This document shows, in pieces, positions 16,107 to 23,141 of a stretch of 23,694 nucleotides of DNA. The notes below the pieces were generated by a model that searched no databases, was not told where the DNA came from, and saw only the letters and a program-made list of their open reading frames with translations. The position numbers and the translations under genes are program-made. Position 1 is the stretch's first letter, and the number at the start of each line of letters is the position of its first letter. The DNA lies in the IMG/VR virus record IMGVR_UViG_3300005859_000281, positions 1 through 23,694 of that record. One strand, given 5' to 3'.

Positions 16107-18467
16107 ATGCAAAGCTTCTTTCATGATAACGAAGATGATGAGAGACAACTGACTGAACTAACAAACACTATTTTTGAAACAGTGGTAAATGAACTTGGAC
16201 ATTTGTCTGATTATCTTTCACTTACACCAGACGTTATGGATAGTTTAAGAGATACTGTATATAAACTTGTCAAGATAGCATCGCAACAAAACAAACTTCT
16301 TTTGCAATTCCCAGCAGTCCTCGCTTATTTCGTTTATAATTTTTTAAAAAATATCGATTTAGATAGGATAAAAGACATAAACGAAAAATTAGACAATATT
16401 CAGCGTCTGATACAACGTAAAAACTTGCAGGGTTTATCATTCAGCACTATCAAACAGCTGTTACAACAAGAATTGCAGGAGAAAAAATTCAGACGCAACA
16501 GACCCAATAAAGCAGAAAAACAAAAAGAAGAGCAGAAACAAAGCGGAAAAGAAGAAAAACAACAAGAACAGCAGAAGCAAGGTGGAAAAAGATCCAACAA
16601 AGTAGAAAAACAACAACAAGAAGGAGAAAAACAAGAAGAGGGAAAAGAAGGGCAGGAAAGTGAAAGCGAAGAGAGCCAAGGACAACAAGGACAGGAATCG
16701 GGAGAAGAAAGCCAGGAGGGTAACGAGCAGGAAAGCGGTGAGGAACAGGGGCAACAAGAAGGTGGAGAAGGAAACCAAGGAGAAGAAACACAACAAGAAG
16801 GACAAGAAGGAGGACAGCAAAGTGAAAGCGAAGGCAACCAAGAGGAGGGAGAAGAAGGGGAGTCACAAGAAGGTGGAGAAGGAGAACAGGGAAACGGAGA
16901 AGAGGGCGAGGAACGGGGAAACGAAAACCAAGGGGAACACGGACAGGAATCAGGAGGAGAAGAAGGGCAACAAAGCAAAAACGAAGGAGAACAGCAAAGT
17001 GGAGAAGAAGGAAACGAAGGAGAACGTGGCAATGCCCAAGAAGGACAGGAATCAGAAGGTGAAAGCGGGAATGAAGAAAGTCAAAGTGGAGAAGAAGGTG
17101 GAGAACAACAACAAGGGCAGGAATCAGAAGTGGAAAGTGAAAACGAAGGAAACGAAGGTCAAAATAGTGAGGGACAAGAAGGTCAAAACGGTGAACAAGG
17201 AGGAGGACAGGGAAACGAAAACGAAGAGAATCAAAGCGGAGAAGAAAGCGGAGAAGGTCAAAATGGCGAACAAGGAGAAGGAAGCGGAATGAACCAGGAG
17301 GGTAACGAGCAGGAAAATGAGGGACAAAGCGGAAATGAAGGGAATGAGGGAGAACAACAAGGAGAAGGGAGTCAAAGTGGAGAAGAAGGTGAGGGACAGG
17401 AATCAGGAGAAGGGCAGGAAAGTGAAAGCGAGGGGAGCCAAAATGGGGAAGGAGAAACCCAAGAAGGTGAAGGAGGAGGACAGCAAAGTGGAGAAGAAGG
17501 CAACCAAGGTCAAAGTGGAGAAGAAGGAGGACAGGAATCAGGAGGAGAAGAAGGGCAACAAAGTGAAAACGAAGATATTATAGAAGACCTCGAAAATAAC
17601 ATAGATGAAGAATCAAAGATTTTAGACGGATTGCAAGAAAGCCTTCAAGAGTCCTTAACAGCTTTATCTATTGGGAAAGGCTCAGGAGGAGGAGTATTAA
17701 AGGATATCAATCCTAGAGTTTTAGAATTATTAGAGAGTGCTAACAGGCTTTTGGCTTTGGCTAACCAAGTTGATTTACAGTACGCTAACAGAGGCGTTAA
17801 AGATCAGGGAGGGGTGATGAGGGGGATAACAACTGGAAATAATGTCAAACATATGTTTAAGAGTCAACTAGTTTTACCGGATGAGATTTTCCTCGAACGG
17901 TATACTAACAGAGCCTTACTGCAAAGGGCGGTAGAAAATGAGGGCGTTGGGGACTTATATTTCATGATAGATAAAAGCGGGTCTATGGGGAATTTTATGC
18001 CGAACGGGTATACTGCGTTTGAAAATGTTTCGGCTGTAGCCTTAGCTTCTGCTATGGAGGCAGAAAAGAACAGTAAGAAGGTGTTTGTACAATACTTCGA
18101 TTCTTCGTCAACCGAGCCTATAGATGTTAACAACGTTTTCGAAGTAGCTCAGACCCAACCCGGAGGAGGAACGGACATGATGGTTGCATTACAAGACTTC
18201 ATGGAATATTATAATAACTATCCCGGGTTAAAGGACGTAAGACAGATCTTCATACTATCTGATTTTGAGACGAACTATGATACTACGCTTTATTATTTCA
18301 AGAACTTTGCAAGAAATAATGGCTTAGTAGTTACGTGCATACATGTATATAATGATGAAGTGCCTGCTCGTATGCAAACCATAATAGACGAAATCTGTGA
18401 TGAATATTATAAATTTAATAATTATGATGCAGGCGAATTATTTTCAGCCGTGTATTCAAAGATTTAG
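16107..18467 (+). CDS. VWA-domain co-chaperone with long E/G/Q-rich linker (ATV p892-like)
   Basis: MIDAS DKSGS...GGGT...ILSD at the C-terminus; directly downstream of the MoxR ATPase. Confidence 0.9.
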   Translation: MQSFFHDNEDDERQLTELTNTIFETVVNELGHLSDYLSLTPDVMDSLRDTVYKLVKIASQQNKLLLQFPAVLAYFVYNFLKNIDLDRIKDINEKLDNIQRLIQRKNLQGLSFSTIKQLLQQELQEKKFRRNRPNKAEKQKEEQKQSGKEEKQQEQQKQGGKRSNKVEKQQQEGEKQEEGKEGQESESEESQGQQGQESGEESQEGNEQESGEEQGQQEGGEGNQGEETQQEGQEGGQQSESEGNQEEGEEGESQEGGEGEQGNGEEGEERGNENQGEHGQESGGEEGQQSKNEGEQQSGEEGNEGERGNAQEGQESEGESGNEESQSGEEGGEQQQGQESEVESENEGNEGQNSEGQEGQNGEQGGGQGNENEENQSGEESGEGQNGEQGEGSGMNQEGNEQENEGQSGNEGNEGEQQGEGSQSGEEGEGQESGEGQESESEGSQNGEGETQEGEGGGQQSGEEGNQGQSGEEGGQESGGEEGQQSENEDIIEDLENNIDEESKILDGLQESLQESLTALSIGKGSGGGVLKDINPRVLELLESANRLLALANQVDLQYANRGVKDQGGVMRGITTGNNVKHMFKSQLVLPDEIFLERYTNRALLQRAVENEGVGDLYFMIDKSGSMGNFMPNGYTAFENVSAVALASAMEAEKNSKKVFVQYFDSSSTEPIDVNNVFEVAQTQPGGGTDMMVALQDFMEYYNNYPGLKDVRQIFILSDFETNYDTTLYYFKNFARNNGLVVTCIHVYNDEVPARMQTIIDEICDEYYKFNNYDAGELFSAVYSKI
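16500..17575 (+). repeat. Intragenic purine-rich imperfect repeats encoding GQESGEE/GEQQ units
   Basis: For example a 35-bp exact repeat at 16941-16975 and 17529-17563. Confidence 0.85.
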
Positions 18468-18501
18468 CTCTTTTTTAACCTCATGACTCCAAGTTAGAAT
18501 T

Positions 18502-18861
18502 ATGAAATATTATGAAGTTAGTACGAGGGTGTATTTACCGGAGCCTATAGCACAATATTTCGTAAACTGTTTTTTCCTAAAATTGCCGAACAAGTATTAC
18601 GAGGTTAGTAATGTAATAACATATAGAGATGAGGAGAACAAGGTAAGCGTCAACGTGCCGGCAGACCAAGTCAGAGGCATTACAGACGCATTATTGGCAT
18701 CTGCGTTAGATTTTTATATGGCTCTCGCCGTTTGCACCGACAACAGTCTTTCGCTATACCGCATGATAAAAAAGGCGAGAGCGAAAGTAAAGGAAACGCT
18801 AAAAATAGATAATATAAACCTCGACCCTGAGTTTCCAATTTGTTTAAAGGGTGGTAAATAA
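18502..18861 (+). CDS. Hypothetical protein (119 aa)
   Basis: ORF with TAATG overlap to the next gene. Confidence 0.8.
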   Translation: MKYYEVSTRVYLPEPIAQYFVNCFFLKLPNKYYEVSNVITYRDEENKVSVNVPADQVRGITDALLASALDFYMALAVCTDNSLSLYRMIKKARAKVKETLKIDNINLDPEFPICLKGGK

Positions 18862-19304
18862 TGCAACCTGAACTTACACCGTCTGATATGATTGCATTAA
18901 TATCCGAAGCTTTAGGGGAAAAAGATGAGGATGGCGACCCGGAGACCTTGATAAAACTATTACTACGCGATGATTTGCCTAAACAAACGAGGTTAATTAT
19001 TCTTAACTGTATCGTGAAAAACTGCGGGTTGCAGAAAAGTTTATCCATATTAGATCCCTTCGTTCCAATAGACGACATACAATCATTAGAGGCATTGAAA
19101 ATCGAAGGGACGAAAATACTTGTATGCATTAATTACACAAAAGTTAGAGATTGTTATTTGATAATTTTAGCGAATAGACAGTTCCATATAAAAAGAGTAA
19201 CTAATCCTAACGAATTATTACAGAAGATGAAGCAACAACAAGGAGGAGGAAAGAGACAAAACAAGGATCTTATTTTAAGTAAGCTCGGCGGTGAGGATCT
19301 CTGA
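18861..19304 (+). CDS. Hypothetical protein (147 aa)
   Basis: ORF with SD GGTGG. Confidence 0.8.
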   Translation: MQPELTPSDMIALISEALGEKDEDGDPETLIKLLLRDDLPKQTRLIILNCIVKNCGLQKSLSILDPFVPIDDIQSLEALKIEGTKILVCINYTKVRDCYLIILANRQFHIKRVTNPNELLQKMKQQQGGGKRQNKDLILSKLGGEDL

Positions 19305-19333
19305 CGGCTTCCCGCACTAAAGGGCGAGTCTTC
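19301..19333 (-). mobile_element. IS200/IS605 right-end remnant associated with a 15-bp direct repeat
   Basis: Reverse complement GAAGACTCGCCCTTTAGTGCGGGAAGCCGTCAG; GGTGAGGATCTCTGA at 19290-19304 and 19343-19357. Confidence 0.6.
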
Positions 19334-19353
19334 ATAAGACGGGGTGAGGATCT

Positions 19354-20865
19354 CTGATATGCGAAGTCGTTGCCAGTTCGTTCAAGCCACGCGACGGTGA
19401 CGTTGTGAACGCTGACATATCAAACATACGTTTTGCATACCCACCAAACTGTATCTTCTCGTCTCAGTACACTCAATTCATTCATGTTGATCATCCTTTG
19501 CCGAAGATAAGCCGACTAAGGTTTAAGAGAGAGAATGGGGAAGAAGTGAAGGATGACAATTACGTAGTAATAGATATTGGAGACGACTTCTTAGTTTTAC
19601 CAATAGAAGTTTGGAATAAACTGAAGGAGCTTATATCGACTTATTTGAGTGAAGGAACTTTGCACGGAGGCATCCTATTGTACGGCGTCCCCGGCACCGG
19701 TAAATCATACATTGCTACTAAATTACTTACAAGGATTCTGGGGTTGAAAGCAATTGTTAAGCAACCTACCGATTTCTTGACGAAATACGTCGGTGAACCT
19801 TATCAATTACTAAACGATTTCATAAATAAACAACTATTTTCCAACAAACCTTCCGTCATAGTTTTTGACGAGGGAGAAAGGTTTTTACTAAAAAGAGGTG
19901 GAGGCGGTGAAGCTGAAAAATTGGTAGAGGACAATATGAAGAATATATTATTAGAAAAATTGCAGGAATTTGCGGATTCGCAATATCCTTCGATTCTTGC
20001 ATTAACTACTAACGCTTCAATAAACGATATGGACGACGCAATGCTGAGGAGGTTTCCCTGGAAAATTTATTTTCCTCCTTATTCGCATACCGTTTACGAG
20101 TACATAGCCAGGAAGATAACTACACAAAGAACTTTCAAAATTGAGGACAAGGAATATGATGTACAGAAACTATCGTTTTATGCATCTGCTACAGGCATTT
20201 CTGTAGCTGAGTTCAGGACTATAATACAGACTGGGACTACCTCTTTTCTCAGGTCAAAAAGTAACTTCCCGAGGAGACTTGTGCCATTCGAATTACAAGA
20301 TAAGGAAAGTATTTTAGATATAACGAAATTGCCCCAACTCAGGCGTTTTGATATCAAAAATAAGAACGTAAAAATGTTATGCGAAGGAGCATTATACACC
20401 ATGACTGCAGTAGTAACAAGCTATTTTCTTACGAGTGAGAATAGACCCGTTTACCTTATAGATTTACAAGAGTCCACTTCCTTGAGGTATGGAAGCGACG
20501 ATATCATAACGTTACTCAAGCAGGAAAACAAACCGGTCGGTATAATTCACATGCATGGCAACCTCAACATCAACAAACAGCTGTTAATAGAGCGTCTACT
20601 GGAAGAGGATAACGTTAGTTTTGTGGTAATAACGAGTTTTGATAGTTCATTATTACAAGTACAAACATTGAAGCTTCTACCTAGGATTGATATAACACAA
20701 TTACCTGCAACTGACACAGACATTTTGAAAAAAATATTGTACACGGTAAACACATTTTACGGGCTGAAGTTGGACATGCAAAAAACGATGAATGAACTAC
20801 ATAGAGAAATGGATTTTAGAAAAGCTATGGATGTGTTGGAGAAAATGATCGCCATGACAATCTAA
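19354..20865 (+). CDS. AAA+ ATPase, CDC48/FtsH-like clade (ATV p529-like)
   Basis: Walker A GVPGTGKS, pore loop KYVGE, Walker B VIVFDE, TTN, DDAMLRRF; start either CTG 19354 (good SD) or GTG 19405. Confidence 0.9.
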   Translation: MICEVVASSFKPRDGDVVNADISNIRFAYPPNCIFSSQYTQFIHVDHPLPKISRLRFKRENGEEVKDDNYVVIDIGDDFLVLPIEVWNKLKELISTYLSEGTLHGGILLYGVPGTGKSYIATKLLTRILGLKAIVKQPTDFLTKYVGEPYQLLNDFINKQLFSNKPSVIVFDEGERFLLKRGGGGEAEKLVEDNMKNILLEKLQEFADSQYPSILALTTNASINDMDDAMLRRFPWKIYFPPYSHTVYEYIARKITTQRTFKIEDKEYDVQKLSFYASATGISVAEFRTIIQTGTTSFLRSKSNFPRRLVPFELQDKESILDITKLPQLRRFDIKNKNVKMLCEGALYTMTAVVTSYFLTSENRPVYLIDLQESTSLRYGSDDIITLLKQENKPVGIIHMHGNLNINKQLLIERLLEEDNVSFVVITSFDSSLLQVQTLKLLPRIDITQLPATDTDILKKILYTVNTFYGLKLDMQKTMNELHREMDFRKAMDVLEKMIAMTI

Positions 20866-20949
20866 AAGGGGGATCGAGGTTGCTCTGAAAAGCAGGAAAT
20901 CCTCACCGCGAGGTGGGGATGCCCCGTCCGTAAGGACGGGATAGTTCAT
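20866..20949 (+). mobile_element. IS200/IS605 remnant with right-end hairpins
   Basis: Hairpins ATCCTCACC-GCGA-GGTGGGGAT and CCCGTCC-GTAA-GGACGGG followed by TAGTTCA. Confidence 0.65.
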
Positions 20950-21896
20950 GCATTACCCAATACCTCAGGGAAAGTAGGTATACCGTCCTTCACGTATTTT
21001 ATCATCATATCCGCTACATCCCACCACATGTATTTAGGTCTTATAGGTACCTCACTAACGTCGCAAGTCATGCCTTCGGCGTCGAGGGGTCTATATAAAT
21101 CCGGGTCTATCTCATAAGTACCACCTACTTTCTCCATTACGTACTTCAAAAAGTCTTCCACACTCGCTATAACACCAGTGCAGAGGATATACCTTTTCGG
21201 CTCCTCTCCTTCCATAACTTTATTGAATATCTTCACATATTCTCCCGCGTATCCCCAATCTTTTTCAGCCTTGATATTACCTAATTTCACATGCTCCTTT
21301 TCCACTAAGTTCTTAACTATTTTCATGGTCACAAACTCTTCGCCCCTCAACTCGCTCTCGTGATTAAACGTTACAAAATCATAAACCTTAAGCCCCCATA
21401 CTTTACGGTAATAAGTAGCGATATACATTAATGAAACTTTACTTATTGCGTAAGGTGTAACGGGAGCCAGCGGTGTAGAAAGGGTTTGAGGGCGTTCCAA
21501 CGGGTGACCGAATACCTCACTCGAAGCAGGTAAAAATACTTTAGTCTCAGGCGTATGTTTCCTAACAGCCTCCAATATAGCATAAGCCGAAAGCTCGTTC
21601 ACCTGAGCCGTATAGATGGGGTTATTATAGCTATACGGAACGAAGCTCATAGCACCATAATGATATATCATGTCGGGCTTTAGCTCACGTACTATGTCGA
21701 AGACGTTTTCATATTCTGTAAGGTCAGCATAGACAAATTTAGGAGATACACCAAGAATTTCAATGACAGTCCGCATCTGGTTAGTCAACCCGTCTGCTCT
21801 ATGCCTGGTTAATACATATAACTCATCTCCCTTCTTTATATGAAGGAAGGTAGAAAGACTTGAGTCCTGACCCGCACCTGTAATTAAAACCTTCAT
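20946..21896 (-). CDS. gmd: GDP-mannose 4,6-dehydratase
   Basis: ITGAGQD, ASSEVFG, YAISK (YxxxK), FNHES.LRGEEFVT.KI, LGN...KDWG, YRP. Confidence 0.9.
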   Translation of the reverse strand: MKVLITGAGQDSSLSTFLHIKKGDELYVLTRHRADGLTNQMRTVIEILGVSPKFVYADLTEYENVFDIVRELKPDMIYHYGAMSFVPYSYNNPIYTAQVNELSAYAILEAVRKHTPETKVFLPASSEVFGHPLERPQTLSTPLAPVTPYAISKVSLMYIATYYRKVWGLKVYDFVTFNHESELRGEEFVTMKIVKNLVEKEHVKLGNIKAEKDWGYAGEYVKIFNKVMEGEEPKRYILCTGVIASVEDFLKYVMEKVGGTYEIDPDLYRPLDAEGMTCDVSEVPIRPKYMWWDVADMMIKYVKDGIPTFPEVLGNA

Positions 21897-21973
21897 AAGA
21901 TCATCTTCATGTAAAGATATATAAGCCTTGAGTTAAGAGTACTCTCTACTCTAGAGTACCCAAAAAATTATAA

Positions 21974-22033
21974 ATTTAGGGGTTCCAAGGGGGCGTAAGA
22001 TTCCGACTGACCAATTCTAGGGGAGGAAGCCAG
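21974..22033 (+). mobile_element. Mini IS200/IS605-derived element (fused left and right ends, ~60 bp)
   Basis: TATAA then ATTTAGGGGTTCCAAGGGGGCGTAAG...GGGGAGGAAGCCAG. Confidence 0.6.
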
Positions 22034-22042
22034 CTAAATAAC

Positions 22043-22063
22043 TTTTTAAACAGCTGTTTGAGA
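22043..22063 (+). promoter_or_regulatory. TATA box overlapped by the AAACAGCTGTTTGAGA palindrome
   Basis: TTTTTAAA 22043-22050, palindrome 22048-22059, ATG 22074. Confidence 0.7.
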
Positions 22064-22073
22064 GGTATATATA

Positions 22074-22538
22074 ATGAGTGAAAATAATCGTAATAAGCGT
22101 CTTTCTTCATTCGAGACGTATGCAGAAGCTATAGCGAAAATACTAAACTTAATATATACACTTGACCAACTTTCGCAATATTATGACCTTAACCAACTCT
22201 CTACACAGTACCTTAACCAGCCATTTACTCCTATTTCACCTAAAAAACTTGTAAATTATTTTGGTGTTCAGTACAACAAAATACCAAGCCTAGTTCAGCA
22301 AACACAATACAATCCTGTGGCATTGGTAACGAAGGCAAATCAAATTGCCCAGCAAATTGAACCAGATGTAATAAATTCCCTTGCGTCAATGTACGGCGTC
22401 GAACCAAGTATAGTTAGATCGTTACAAGTATATTTGCAGTTGGCACAGGTTTTACCAAAGGTAGTGAGTAGCCAGACCGTTCAAGTCACCAATAATCAAC
22501 AATATACTGCGTCGCCCTACGTGATGGAAAACTACTGA
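22074..22538 (+). CDS. Hypothetical Q-rich protein (154 aa)
   Basis: ORF with a clear promoter. Confidence 0.8.
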   Translation: MSENNRNKRLSSFETYAEAIAKILNLIYTLDQLSQYYDLNQLSTQYLNQPFTPISPKKLVNYFGVQYNKIPSLVQQTQYNPVALVTKANQIAQQIEPDVINSLASMYGVEPSIVRSLQVYLQLAQVLPKVVSSQTVQVTNNQQYTASPYVMENY

Positions 22539-22583
22539 ACTAACCTACCTCGAGGCTTTCTGCCCCCTTAACCCCCCAGAAAG
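22535..22583 (-). mobile_element. Mini IS200/IS605-derived element (49 bp)
   Basis: CTGAACTA...GAGGCTTTCTGCCCCCTTAACCCCCCAGAAAG followed by TTAAA; homologous to 23059-23113. Confidence 0.7.
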
Positions 22584-22615
22584 TTAAAAATCGTTATAAT
22601 ATCAAGAATCTATTG

Positions 22616-23062
22616 ATGTCGAGATTCTTGGTGTCAAGATTGCTGAAATTTGCCGTGGTCGGGGGGCTAGGCACGTTCGTGAATGAACTAGTATTTTTAT
22701 CTACTACTAAGCTTTTATCCATATCGATATCATTAGCATTAGCAATAGAGCTTTCAATAATATTTAATTTTATACTAAATGATATTTGGACTTTTAAGGA
22801 TAAAAGAGTAGGAAGTTTTATTAAGAGACTACTTAAATTTCATATGTCGTCAGCTAGTGGAGGAATTATTCAGTATATTGTGGTAATTTCCATTATTGTA
22901 ATCATGTTTCATTTTAGTAATGCTTCGGAAATAGTGGCAATATTGTTTTTTACGTCTTATTTAAAACTTCAGTCTTTAGTACTTGGCATAATCAATTTCA
23001 TAGGAATAATTTCTGGGTTCATCGTAAGATTTATAACAAGTATAAAGTTGGTATGGACGTGA
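22616..23062 (+). CDS. gtrA: GtrA-family protein (putative lipid-linked sugar flippase)
   Basis: KFAVVGGLGTFVN...SIIFNFILNDIWTFKD; four TM helices. Confidence 0.88.
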   Translation: MSRFLVSRLLKFAVVGGLGTFVNELVFLSTTKLLSISISLALAIELSIIFNFILNDIWTFKDKRVGSFIKRLLKFHMSSASGGIIQYIVVISIIVIMFHFSNASEIVAILFFTSYLKLQSLVLGIINFIGIISGFIVRFITSIKLVWT

Positions 23063-23113
23063 ACTACCACGCCCTCACGGAGGGGGACTTTCGCCCCCTC
23101 AACCCCCAGAAAT
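23059..23113 (-). mobile_element. Mini IS200/IS605-derived element (55 bp)
   Basis: GTGAACTACCACGCCCTCACGGAGGGGGACTTTCGCCCCCTCAACCCCCAGAAAT followed by TTAAA. Confidence 0.75.
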
Positions 23114-23141
23114 TTAAACATGTAAAACATATGTTTTTATG

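Noticed and set aside
16400-17583. Several long alternative-frame and antisense ORFs (16400-17032, 16461-16841, 16489-16866, 16660-17292, 17124-17375, 17317-17583)
   Set aside because: Shadows of the T-poor repeat tract in the VWA gene, which lacks stop codons; low-complexity translations.
20880-20949. Hairpin cluster as a tRNA
   Set aside because: No cloverleaf or T-loop consensus; it matches the IS-end family instead.
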